Below, piece after piece: positions 25,801 through 38,656 of a DNA stretch of 64,000 nucleotides; position 1 is the stretch's first letter, and every line of letters starts with the position of its first letter. Made by a program: the position numbers and the translations under genes. The notes below the pieces were generated by a model, which worked only from the letters and a program-made list of their open reading frames with translations, was not told the origin of the DNA and searched no databases. The stretch is from Bugula neritina (Eukaryota; Animalia; Bryozoa), in contig OZ037769.1 in assembly GCA_964035545.1 (NCBI GenBank), positions 8,041,929-8,105,928 on the forward strand, given 5' to 3'.

Positions 25801-26667
25801 GAGTAAATTAATCCAGTAATGCTTTAAAAATAATAAACTTGCTGTAAATAACATCAACATAATAAAGTTGTTAGCAATAATAATAGTGACATCAATATGA
25901 GTAGATATTCAGAGTGAGTCACTCACACTTCGACTTTCACATTTTCACATTGTGTAGTTACTGTTATTGTTGATCATAATAATACTATTAGTAATAGTAC
26001 TATTCATACTCATACTGATACTCGAATTATAATAACAATTTATGAGTAAGTTACTACTACTACTGAGTACCTGTACTGGTAGTAGTAGTAGTAGTAGTAC
26101 TAGCAGTTGTAGTACTAGTGCTCTACTAATAACAATAACACTAGCAGTAGGCTAGTAGTACTAGCAGTTGTAGTACTAGTGCTCTAGTTTCAATAACACT
26201 AGCAGCAGGCTAGTAGTAGTAGTAGCAGTAGTAGTAGCAGCAGCAGTAGTAGTAGTAGTAGTAGCAGCAGCAGCAGTAGCAACAGCAGCAGCAGTAGTAC
26301 TTTTATACTGGTACCGTAAGTATAGCATTAGGCTTAGCTATTAGTATTACTATTAGTATTAGTGTATTACTATAGTACTACTATTACTAGTAGTAGACGT
26401 AGTAGAGTACTACTACTACTAGTACTAGTACTACTAGTAGGCAGCAGCACCGCTACCACAACTATTAAGCCTACTGTTACGCTAGTTAATGTATTACTTT
26501 TACTGATTTTTGTAACTAAAGCCATATACTTACTTGTGAAAAGAGATTTTTTTGTCTTTACTGTAACTGCTGTACTGGTAGTTGCGGCAATTGTATGCAT
26601 AACACTGAGACCCAGTGGTCTTGCTTCTTTGACCCTTAGTTTGCTTAGGATACGGAGAATTCGACAT
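22868..26667 (-). CDS. THAP9/P-element transposase-derived protein; 9 exons, 627 aa, central catalytic region absent
   Basis: Exons 26667-26534, 25642-25441, 25359-25246, 25096-24892, 24817-24670, 24585-24546, 24461-24289, 24204-24053, 23583-22868; all GT-AG and phase-compatible. Motifs: THAP CYAYNC..FHKFP..W..CSDHF..AVP; DHCY; coiled coil; FALTLHLYSPKAYEFLR; DRLFDILNSR; YKFSQDHLELFF; GGWNNNP. Confidence 0.85.
26045..26460. repeat. (TAG/CAG/CTA)n compound microsatellite in intron 1 of the P transposase gene
   Basis: Runs of AGT, AGC and ACT triplets. Confidence 0.9.
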
Positions 26668-27360
26668 GTTCAACGAAGTAGAGGTGATAGAGAACACAAT
26701 TAAATAAAAATATAGTTGCTTGAGATATAAAGCAGGACAAAAAACAAAGTTTAAAAGTGAGATTCACTCAATCGAAATGATGGACGACCGGCTCTATTTT
26801 CTCCCGCTAGAAAAAGAGCATGCTCGGGCTCACAAAGCCAATCGGCAACGAGGTTACATTACAAAGTACACCCGTACCCATTCCAGATATTATTGAGTTC
26901 ATTGGCAGAGCGCACAAAACGAATAAAATATTACCGCTAAAATAAGTTCTTATACATTAGGAGGTAAAATTAACTATCTGTGCCCAAGTTTCGAAAACAA
27001 ATCCGTTGTTATTTCTTGTATTTCGAGATTATTAAAAATTATGAATATGTTGGCTTTCAAGTTTGAGTAGAGCTACATCAGTGATACTATCACTCTACTG
27101 GAACATTGAACCTCAAGTTTTCTTTATTTATATATTTTGTAATCAACTCTCATGTTCCATACTTGGTAACAGCTCAATTCTAATGCAAAATGAAAATATC
27201 TACTTCTAAATCTCAAAGTTCGACTTTAACTTGACGACCTAAGGAGTAAAGTAATTATTTTAGTTTTTAGTTGCAGTTTGAGTTTTCAAAGGCAAAGTGA
27301 AACTGAAATATATTTTGCTTCAACTCTCAGTTGTAAAGTTCGCAGTTTTTGTTTATGAAA

Positions 27361-30300
27361 ATGACAGATTTTAATAATTGTGAAGACATAGCTAGTAGTC
27401 ACAGATTTCAAGAGCTATGTTCAGATTTAAATTTGGATCCTGCCACGAAAAATGAGACTGTGAAGGAGTATTACCGAATCAAAGACAACTATACGTTAGA
27501 GGTAATGCCAAGTTCAACTATAGTATAGTGATAGTCTTACAGTTACTCTTCAAGTATTAGTATTTTTATTACAATACTCAAATTCAGTGGTTACATTAAT
27601 GATTAAATTTGGTAGTAATATAAGTTATAACTTATAGTAATACTATAAATTAATCATTAAGTTAATGTATAACTATAAGTCAAGCTTATAGTTACTCTGT
27701 GGTTTAAATTAATAATTAGGGTTATCTTTATTAATTAGTAATTACTTTTTGTATCAAATTTATGTAGGTTCATATTGAAATTGGTCAAATTGTAAAATTA
27801 GGATCGAGTTTAGGTAAACTAGAAAGCTTTAAAGTATATAAATTTTGATGAAATAAACAATATCAAATATGAGTACGTAAAGAATAGTGCAGGTGTGGCA
27901 GCAAGTCACCAGTCAAATATAATGTTAGTCATTAGCAGTAGGCTATTACAATTGTATTAATGATGGTGATGGCTAAGAGTAAGCATAGCTGAGTCATAAG
28001 TACATTTGCAGCCTACAAGCTTGCAGTCTTATTGATAATGTAATTCCAAGTGTTAGATCTATGGTAGTATCGTAACCTATTTTAAGAAAGTTTTTCTAGT
28101 AATTAGCTCATCCCATTTGAGGATACCATAATAGTGACCATGAAATAGACTTTTGTTCTTGTTAGTTATTTATTACATAATACGTATGCCTTCATCTTTA
28201 TTATTTAGATATTTTGCTTGTTAGGTGTTGTTTGCCATAAATTTAAGCTAGATTTTATCATTTCTACTTTTATCATTAATTTAGATATGAAGCAATTTTT
28301 TAAGGACCGCCATACCAATTTCAACTACTTAAGAAAACGCTGCTTACAAACTACAAATTTTTTCACCAACATAAACTGTTCTGTATGATGTTTCTATTCG
28401 CATTGTGTACTAGGCTTTTCTTGTTTGTCAAAAAAGAAGTGCAAAATTTTGGTGTAATAGCATTGCTCTAAAGAATTATTTTACCCCCTGTGTAGGGGGA
28501 TCCTCTTCACTGGATAACATGTGCTTTATATGTGGCTTGTCGTGCCAAAACTGTGCCAACAATAGAAAATGGGGAGATGGAAGGGAATGGAGTATCACTG
28601 ACTAGGCTACTTCGAACTGCCCAGCTCAGGTATGTTTTCATTGCAGAAAGCCTCCTTGCCATCTTTCAATAGCAAATGATAATTTAATGTTCATGTTTTT
28701 ATATATTCTTGTGAACATAATTATATAGTCATGACTTGGGTTGCCTAATTTTTAAGCAAATAAATTTCAATTACTATTATACCAAGATAGATGATATAAT
28801 ATATCTTCTACAGGTTTTAGTAAATAAAGTCTTCAACAGTAATTGATTTCTGAGAGATTCAAGCTAGTTTGCCTTTTTGCCACACTGTTTGTATTTAGCA
28901 CAGTGCGATTGAAATCTGACGTTTCGCATCATATTGGTGTCTTGTAGTTTAAAGCAAAGTCATTTTAACTTGAATTCATAATATAATGCATCTTCGTTTT
29001 TAAATTTAAAAGTAATTGCGTATTCCGTGTTTGGATTTGCTTCTCGTTGTATTTTTATTGCGTAGCTGTAGCTGATACACACTAATACTTACAGTTTGAT
29101 ACAATTCTTCATCAAAATTAAGAAATGGGCTGACATGGCAAATCTGCCAGAGTCGTTCAGAAGACAAGTTGATAAGTTGGAAAGAAATTTTTCTGTTTCT
29201 ACCGTCATTTTCAAAAAGTACAGACCAATTTTCCTGAGCGTTTTCAAAGCTGCCAATCTTGATGCACCCAAACCACCACGAAGCAGAAAGCAGAGGTATG
29301 ACATCTGTTACTGAAGTATTTAACGCCCTCTAATGGGCTGTCTATACACTTTAAAGTTGTAGAGCTGTGACTCAGACTCTCACTCGTGTTGCTTTCAATT
29401 GTAGTTTTGTTAGAAATTTCCTAATTTTAATACAATTTGTTTTAATCATCACAACTAGTCATAGTTATTCTGACTTGTAGACCCAAACCTTGCACTGCCT
29501 CGGATATATACGAGTTCATTTGGCGGATGTTTGTTCTGGCCAAAGGAAATTTTCCTGATATTGGAGACGATCTGGTCAACTGCTACCACTTGTTGCTCTG
29601 CGTGATTGACTGGGCGTACATCAACTGTGTGCTTGGCAAGCGGGTGGACCTCATTAAACTTACTGTAGCTTGTAAGGCTATTTTACTTTCTTTTCTAAGG
29701 CTATTGTATTCCTTACTCTCTAAGGCTATTTTACTTCTTGTTCTTAGAGGATGGAGTAAAATAAATTGACAATTACTGCGTTTGTCCTCATCATATTTTC
29801 CTGATGAAGTTGTGACGTGGTTTTGTTCCATTCAATAGTAAACAATCCTATAACGTTGTGTTTGGCATGGATTTACTTACTAAATAGCATATCAGCAGTG
29901 AATAACTTGTTTTTTAACCATTATTTTCATTCTCTTCATTGATTGGCTGTGTAAATGCTTACACATTTTAGTACCAACACCAGTGAGCTCTTCATCAGTC
30001 CCTTGTATAATCTCTCACTTGTGTGCTCAACATGAGGGCATAGAGCTCGAAGCAAAGGGCATCAAAGAACACCATTTTAAGAACTACATAAGACGGCTTG
30101 GAATAGAAAAGAGTATTTTAAAAGGAACTGAAGTAGACGGCAGCTTTGTAGGAGTTTTGGATATAAACTATTTTGAAGAGAATAGGTGAGCTGCTCCTAC
30201 AGTTGGTAGTATCAAGCTAAGCTACTGCCATTCTACAGTTGGCCTCGGCTCTCATAGTAAAACATGTTTTGGCCGTCATTTTCTACAACCGCCTTAATCA

Positions 30301-33300
30301 AGTTCTGAAGTTAATAAAGAATTTAGATTTATACAGTAAGCGGCATAACTCATTATGTCAATTTTAGGCGACATGTTGTAGTTTATTGGTGTTTGTTTGC
30401 AGCAAAGCAATAGACAGAGCGTATGAGGAGTATGTGCTCACTCTGGGTGACTTTGATGAGCGAATATTCTTTGGTAAGGATGCTGACCAGGACATTGGAA
30501 CACCCTCCAAGTTACATTCAAGTCCAGGCATAAACTCCTCCCCCGCAATGGATGGGCCTACGCTGCTCTTAGAAGCAGCGGCTCGTAGTAACGCTGACTC
30601 TAAGCTTAATGAGCACATGGTGAATGTATGCATACCTAATACTCTCAATGAGTATATTATATCTAAATTATTGTAGGGTTATAAAGGTTTGCATATAGAG
30701 AGTTGTCTTCTTGCTATGAAAGTTTGCTTTGAGAATAGCAATTTTCTTGTTAATATTGCATTGGTTGCTGATTTAGCCCTAATTTCAATTTCAATCATGT
30801 TTGTGGCTCTTGTTGTTTATATTGTTTTGGATGTTAATTTAGCTCTAATTTTTGCTCGAATCATGTTTGTAGTGTTTTAGCGCGCTGCATCTTGTCACTG
30901 TTAGTGCTGCTACCACTGCTTCTACTTAGAATAGACTTGTTAAAGCTCCAATTTTCTGGAATTTCTAATGGCTGTGTATTAGAGCTAGTGGATCATTGAG
31001 TAATTATTATCGTATGAATTACAGACTAGATCTCTGTGCCCCAAGACTCCGTTGACTGGAAGACAACATCTACCTGACAATCACGGAGATGTTAATGTCA
31101 CGCCAATCACCACGGCAACTCAAAGCGTTTCTCGGTTACAGTCAATTCTCTCTGGCAGGAAACCAGATGTTCTCTCTGAGAGTCTCTTGCAGATGTTCAG
31201 GTACTTGTTTCTTTAGGAAACACATGTTATTAGTCTCATGTGTTTTTAGCTTACATGTGTAGTCATGCCATTTGTCATCGATAGCTAAACTACAAGCTAC
31301 TCTGGAACATTCGACGGCTATGTGATGCACTGTTGTATTCACTTTGGCAATTCTGCCTTGTTGTTTGAATCTATCTTCATGTTCCTTCAGTGTTTATCTG
31401 GTATCTGTTGCCTTCTTCTATTCTCATGTCCCAATTACACGATGTTCCAGTGATTGCTCGGAAAATCCTAAGAATTCAATCGAAGAGAGAGTGAAGTCAA
31501 TGGGAGATAAATTCTACGCAGCGTACACTATGCCCTGCAACAACAACCCTGCATCTCAGGCTTCCTTCGCTCAACTCAGACTGCAGATAGCCACGATGCT
31601 CTACTACAAGGTGTTGGAGAACATCATGCTGACTGAGCAGCGACGCTTCAGGAGCAAAATTGTCAACAACAGCAACAAACCAGTTGACTTAACGGTATTA
31701 TTTTTGTAGTTTGGATGATGCAATGTAGTAATTGGTCCAAGTGTTAGTTAATTCACCTTATATCACATATCCGCTATATTTCCTATATGCACTTCTCAGC
31801 TATGTTAGAGTGAAGTAGCTTCTGATGTAATATATAATAAATGAATAACAATATCTCCACAGTAAATTAACTTGATCAAATCTTGTATCTCGTTTCAGGG
31901 TTTGCTTGAGCAAGACATCTTCCACAGATCGCTCTTTGCTTGTTGTCTGGAAGTTGTTATTTTTTCTTATAATTCTCAAAGGTAAGATTTATCATTTTTT
32001 ACTTTGTTTAATTCAAACTGCACAAATTTTTTATTTAGAAAGATTACAAAGCTACTGTCAGCCATGTTTGTTCAGCTTTATCCAGTTACTGTAATTATAT
32101 TCGATGTTACCCTACTAACATGTTTGACCACTTGAACCAATAATTTATTTGACAAATCTTTTTCAGAATATCACAGATACATACTGAATGAGCTCTCTCG
32201 GTGATGATGTTGGATTTCATTCTTTTTTTAGAATTTTTCCATGGGTACTGGCAGTATTTGAAATTCAGCCATACCATTTCTATAAAGTCATAGAACTTTT
32301 GATCAGAGCAGAGGAAAACTTCTCTCGTGATGTTATAAAACATCTCAACAGTGTAAGTAAGATTGTTTGTCTTCACAATTTCTAGTGTTTGTAAGCTTGT
32401 CTTTGCTGACACTATATTCTGTTGATATATCACAGTATGTTGATATATTGAAGTCTAAAATAGTGTGAGCTGGTGGTCTTGTAGCATTTAATATCAATAA
32501 TGTAGAACTAGAATTCACCTGTGGTATTGTCGGGTGGTGGTAGTGGTCCTGGTCGTGGTATTAGTGTTGGTGGTATTAGTGTTGGTGGTAGTAGTGTTGG
32601 TGGTAGTAGTGTTGGTGGTAGTAGTGTTGGTGGTAGTAGTGTTGGTAGTAGCGCTGTAAGTATATAACCTAATTGAAATTATATTACTGAAGGCATGAAT
32701 ACTATAATAATATAATGCAGATTGAAGAATCTATATTAGACTGTATACATATAATACTATAATATAATACAGATAGTAATATTATAAAATACAGATAATA
32801 CTATAATATAATACAGATAGTACTATAATAAAATACAGATAATACTATAATATAATACAGATTGAGGAATCTATACTAGACTGTATGGCCTGGAAGTCCG
32901 ACTCCCCCCTCTGGGACTACATAAAAGGCTACTTGGAACACAACAACAACGCTGTCCCACGCAGCAACGAGGTGTCCCTCCAGCAGCAGCCCGTCAACCC
33001 CCAGCACCCCCTTGGCTCACCTCTCGGATCCCCCATCATGACTCATCCCCAAATACGCCGATTAGCTCTCTCTGATGGGAAACTTATCAATAAGAAATGT
33101 TAGCATTTTATTTTCTTATAACTTGAAGGGGTTTCTAGTTGACTTACATCATGTGATTAAGAATTACATGTTGTACATCAATTTTGAAGAATTAATTCCT
33201 AAAATCATCACGTAATAAGTCTAACATAAAAGCTAACACCCAAACATGTAGAAATTAGGATTTTTGAAATTTATAGATGTGGTGACGGTATTCATTACCC

Positions 33301-36300
33301 AAGTTTTTCGGCTGTTGGGACTATAAGTTAATAAATTCTTTTCACTTACACAGTTTTATTTCTCCCCATCAGCTGTGACGCTCTCAGCCCCAGCTGCCAT
33401 TACTGTTTAAGATGAGTTCAACTTTGAGACACTATTTTTTGCAATTTGATGCCCTAAGAGCAGATGTGCTCTGATTTCAATTTATTGAATTTTAATTTAT
33501 AAAGATGTGTTTAGTGTTCATGTTACTCGAGCTGTTAGATTCCTGGACTATGTCAATGTATATTTGTGTATTCAGCGTCTGAAGTGTCTACAATTTACTC
33601 ACCTGGCCACTCCCCTAGCAGAGCACCTCTAGCCTCAGATCGATTCAGCTCTCCTATATCCGGGACGGCACGGCGACGCCTCTTCCCTCCCTCCTCCTCT
33701 GCACAGGTGACTGCCGCTGACGGTCACTCACCCGCCCTGAAGCAGCAGATAATAACTATTCAACAAGCATCAACTGATGATGGCAGACCGGTGGGCCTTA
33801 GTTTACTATCTGTTACTCCAATACCTCAGGATAGATTATAGCATATACTCGTAGCATATAGCACACAGTATTTAGTGTTGGTGACGCTAGTAGTGGCAGG
33901 TTCTGTGTTTTAGAGAGGTCATAGTGACTACACATGCTACTTGTATATGTTGCTCAAACTTATTTGAGTATATCCTGGTGTGCTGACAACATCTGTACAA
34001 GTATGTTGCTTTTCACCAGACTACCACATTGCCCAGCATTTAGTGTCTAACATTCACAAAGCTACATTAAAGTCATTGCATTTCGCGCTGTTATTCTTCA
34101 GCTGTATCAGTACTGTGAGTTGTTATTCTGAAAGCAAATAATCTTCTAAAGAAAACAAGAATGCCGAGTCTTGAAATTCATGTTAGTCCCCAAGTTGGCG
34201 TTGAATTGTACTGTACTTTGAATTGTGTGTTGCAGATATTTATACCAGTACAAGTGGTACAGAGCGTCTCTCAAGCTGGAAACACAACTCCCACAACTTC
34301 ACATAGTATTTCTAATGAGAACGAAGCCAGTGGTGGAAGTAGCAAGGCTAGTGGGGGGAGTAGCAAGGGTGCAAAGAGTAAACGAACAGGGTCTTTGGCT
34401 TTGTTCTTCAGAAAGGTGGGGGTGACATCTTTTTCGCCATCTTCTGTATTCATGGATTTTGTGGTGGGCGATTGGTGTTTTTAGTGTTGATCACATTGTT
34501 TGCTATGGTGTGTTATATATGTGCTATGGTGTGTTATATATGTGCTATGCTGTGTTATATATGTGCTATGCTGTGTTATATATGGTATGTAGGTATACCA
34601 CTTGGCTAGTGTGAGATTGAAGGACTTGTGTGACAGACTGGGCGCTGATGACCAACTAAGGAGACGAATTTGGACCACGTTTGAACACTCGATGGTGAAT
34701 GAAGTGAAGTTGATGAAAGACCGCCATTTAGACCAGTTCATCATGTGTGCTGTATATTCAATTTGCAAGGTTGGCTTTAGTTAATAGTTCACATAACAAA
34801 TGAGTGCATCAGGTGTTTCGAATATGTGTATGTTTAAAATACGGCGGTAAAGTTGTATATCACTTATCCCCTGCATTAAACAGGCTAGCTTGTTAGGAAG
34901 GCAATTCAAATTTGAGTTCATTGTACACTAGTCAACCCCTGATCTATGTTATACAGTAGTTGTGAGACATTTAGGTTGTAACTATAGGAGATATATCTTC
35001 AGCATACACAACTATTATATATGTGCACCTTATTTGAAAAACTCATAAACTGATGGATCTGCAGCTTTCTTTTTTGTTTTCCTGTGTTTCACAGTTACTG
35101 CTTTCACTTCTGTAGCACTTGTTGACTTGTATTATGTACATATATCAGAAGATGTTGTATAATATCACCTGACCTTGTCTTTCAGGTCTCCGGCCATGAC
35201 CAGTCATTTCAGGATATCATGAAGTGCTACAGACTGCAGCCTCAGGCCCAAAGTCATGTATACCGAAGCGTGCTGTTGAAGAAGATTCCCCAATCGCAAG
35301 GATCTCAGTCTCAATCTACTCACAACGGCGCATCGGATAGTAAGTTGTCTTCTCTTTGCAGTACTTCCTGATTGGTTGTTTGTAGTGAATATTAGCCCAT
35401 CTGTTTATCAGTCAATCCATCTTCGCATTGCTCTAAGTACAGTGCTCCTACTTTGCTGTTGCCTTCATCAGTTTATACTGTGTCGTGTTTGCTTTCAGAA
35501 ATACAGCAGAGACTCAATAATCTCAGGTCTTCAATTACGTTTTCTTCACCTCACTCAAGAAATGCACCCCCGACCCCAACTAGAGTAGCAGGGGCTAGCT
35601 CAGTAGTGTACGAGAATGAAGAGAGGGGAGATCTTATTAAGTTTTACAACTCGGTAAGTGGTATACAATAGTTTGTGTGTTTTAATTTCTTTCTAATTCG
35701 TATAATTTAGTTGAATATTGCATTTTGTATATTCAGCTATATTCTAATATTGCAGGTTTATGTCACCTCTATGAAAGGCTTTATATTGAAGTTTCAAGGG
35801 AAGGTATGTATTGCTGGAAACTTGTACTTTGTGTAGATGTGTGTTTTTGTAAAGCAGTCATGTGCTATTATATTTAACCATAGTTGCTTACATGTAGATA
35901 TACAGGAATACATACAGTTGGACAATCGCTGCATTCCCCGTGCTCACATTATGTGAATAGATTGTTCGTTCTATGTTGGGGAATGGTTGGCTTGGATGAA
36001 ACCACAACCATAGGTTGATGCAAACCGCAACCATGAATACATCCGTGCGAGTATCCATAACTATCCATTCAAAGCAATGGAAATGCAGTAATACAAGTTG
36101 ACATATAGGTAGACATTCAGGTAGATGTACCTGTAGCTGAAAACTGATTTGGCAGCTAGAATATTTGCTGTTTTTATGAAATTAAACATTGTAATGTATA
36201 GTGCTGTATCTCCACACATGCCTTCATATTTCCCAATAGGATCCTGCTAACAGCCCGGCACTCTCGGCATTGCCTAAAGTTCGTCAGCATCAAACATCTC

Positions 36301-37083
36301 CAAGGCGGGTGTCTAGTCAGCACCCCTTATACATATCACCTCATAAGAAAACTACAGCAGCTTCTCTTGGTTTACTCACGCCTGATAGGTCAGTATTATT
36401 AGTCTCAGTGGATATTATATAGGCTTATCTTTTATATAGCCGTTCTTATTTCACTCTAGTGCTGTATAGAGCATAGGCACTCAACCGTACACACTTTATT
36501 CAACAACCAAATTGTGTTCACTACCCACACTGTGCACACTATCTACACTGCACACACCCTCTGTATAGACTGTCTGAATTTACTGTCCAAGAGATGTGGC
36601 GTTCAATTCTGTTATTTTTATTTAATGTCGGATACTAAAATATTACTCTGAAATTTGCCACTTCATTTCAATTAGCTGGGCAGCCATCTCAAGCGCATAC
36701 ATACTATGCTCAGCGTGTCATAACTTTGACGTTACAACTCTAAAAATTAAGAGCATGAGAAGAGCATAAATTACTTTCCTGTTGTAGTTATTCTATGCAT
36801 TACACAGTCAATAAATTGTGTTGGTACCGCTGTACAGTGTGTTGTCTACTGCTGTACAGTGTGTTGTCTACTGCTGTACAGTGTGTTGTCTACTGCTGTA
36901 CAGTGTGTTGTCTACTGCTATTATATTTCTCTCTGTAGTCGAATGCTCTACTGCTTCAACAGCAGTCCAGCTAAGGATCTTAGGGCTATAAACAGCATGC
37001 TCAAGGGAGAGAAGAAGCACACCAGCACGGACATACTGGAAGGCGCCCCTGCAATTAAGGCTATTAAGTTTCAGAACCCATGA
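27361..37083 (+). CDS. RBL1: Retinoblastoma-like pocket protein, p107/p130 type (~19 exons)
   Basis: N-terminus RFQELCSDLNLD..NYTLEGDPLHWITCALYVACR; LERNFSVSTVIFKKY; GDFDERIF; pocket A LYYKVLENIM, FHRSLFACCLEVV, FYKVIELLIR; spacer RxL motif ARRRLF; pocket B KRTGSLALFFRKVYHLASVRL, DRHLDQFIMCAVY, ERGDLIKFYN; C-terminal FNSSPAKDLRAINSM; stop 37081-37083. RBL1 and RBL2 cannot be distinguished (probable co-ortholog). Confidence 0.93.
32697..32886 (+). repeat. Tandem copies of a splice acceptor plus a partial exon duplicate in an RBL intron
   Basis: CAG|ATTGAAGAATCTATATTAGACTGTAT (~32718-32746) duplicates the true exon start CAG|ATTGAGGAATCTATACTAGACTGTAT (32858-32886); ~22-bp TACTATAA..ATACAGAT units lie between them. 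Confidence 0.85.
34500..34585 (+). repeat. 21-bp minisatellite (x4) abutting a splice acceptor
   Basis: Unit TGCTATG(G/C)TGTGTTATATATG; acceptor AG ends at 34592. Confidence 0.9.
36830..36917 (+). repeat. 22-bp minisatellite (x4) just before the last RBL acceptor
   Basis: Unit CTGTACAGTGTGTTGTCTACTG; acceptor AG ends at 36938. Confidence 0.9.
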
Positions 37084-38656
37084 GCCTCAACTGACAGCTT
37101 TTTACCACTTGTGACTTTTGTCCTGGTATATTGTAGTGTTGTGAATTAGACGGCTGTTTAAATTTTTAGTAAGTATTATATTTCCTTCTATATTTTAAAT
37201 GTTATTTTATGAACTACTATGTCCTGTTAAACTTCTATTCACAAGATAAGCTTGAGAACTTAATTATTTTTGGTTTTTAATGAATATATTTTTCGATAAC
37301 ATGAATTCAAGCTTTACATCTTAACTTGGTTACAAATATTTTGTAATAAAATATATATATGCAATTTTTCTAGAGTTAGCAGTTGTATCACATCCACCCT
37401 TGTGATTTAGTAATTACATATTAGTGAGTTGAACGCATTAGTAAGCCATGCGTTGTATCTTTTTCGTTTTACAATATTAAGTTCTACTTCTCTATAGGCA
37501 ATAATCATAGAATAGCTTGAAAATTTTATTGATGGTTTTTCCAACCTTTTCTTTTAAATAAATTTTGTCTTCTAATATGAATACTGGAATATTGTAATTT
37601 CAAACTTTTTACTCATTTGATCAATTGGTTTGAAGATTATTTTGTCAGTTGTTTTACTGCTTTGTTATGGAAGCGTTTACACATGTCTCTATATGTATGT
37701 CTATGTGAATTAAAATTACTTTGTTTCTCGTTGCTTTCACAGTCGTCTTACTTGAAGCTGCACTCGAGTCACACTTGAAGCGCTTTGCCTTCTGCTTGTA
37801 GGCATTCTTATTAGTTTGATAGTCTGGCTCTTGTGCAGACACCCAACTGTGAGCATTGTAGTGTATGCCAGATTAGTTGGTATTTTACTAGTATATAGCT
37901 CTCACCATTATGATATTTTATGAAATTTACATGCAGTATAAAGCATTAAATGCCTGCTGACAAGAGAGAAGACATTAACAAATTCTTGTTATGTAATGTT
38001 AGAGCTGTGAAATACCTTCTATGAAACCTATCATAACATATCTCTACGACACACTGTCTTTAATGAAACATAAAATATTGATCAATTATGTGTGCGGCTG
38101 ATAAATCATAAGTAAAAGAAAAGAGCTAATATTGGCATGGTTTGTATCTAAACAATCAATTTATATGTAACACTTTTTGACTTCTTTGCTGAGTACAACT
38201 CCTTTAGCAAACTTCAATTAGTTATCATAAAAGCATAAATTTATCTAGTATAAAGTTACATGGTATTGGTTTTTAAAACGAAGGATTAAAAGTCTAAAAT
38301 ATAGCTTTAATTAGTACTACAAACATTATTATTTCCACAAAAATGTTTCTTATGAAGGGACCGAACCATACCATGACACAGTGTGCTTAGGCAGGCATAG
38401 GCATAGAATATTATTTTTTGCTGTTTACTTATCAAATGCTTCCTCAGTTTGCTCATGCCAAAATACCTGCTGATTCAGAAGAAACTTTAAATCTAGAATA
38501 TATATTGATTTACAACAGCATCTATAAATATTTGACTATTTTTTATCTCCTTTGATATAATATGTGAGCAAAACTTTCCTCTATAAAGTCTTGAAGCTTT
38601 AGAATACTAAAGATGACAATATTCTTTAAATATTGCACAATGATGTATCCTGTTTG

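Larger units (their letters stand above)
22201..26904 (-). mobile_element. P-superfamily DNA transposon, internally deleted
   Basis: Perfect 8-bp TSD GCAGAGCG (22193-22200, 26905-26912); imperfect 23-bp TIRs CACTGAGCTGGAATATACCTGGA vs CAATGAACTCAATAATATCTGGA (16/23 identical); THAP transposase gene inside. Confidence 0.9.

Noticed and set aside
26362-26703. Hydrophobic ORFs 26362-26703 (+) and 26370-26600 (-)
   Set aside because: Derived from the microsatellite; the real exon is the THAP frame 26667-26534.
26795-26810. E2F site (TTTTCTCCCGC) for RBL autoregulation
   Set aside because: Imperfect match to TTTSSCGC and too short to support without data.
33070-33105. Non-canonical splice donor in RBL
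   Set aside because: A phase-compatible GT donor (AAAT|GTTAGC, ~33099) exists, so no exception is needed.
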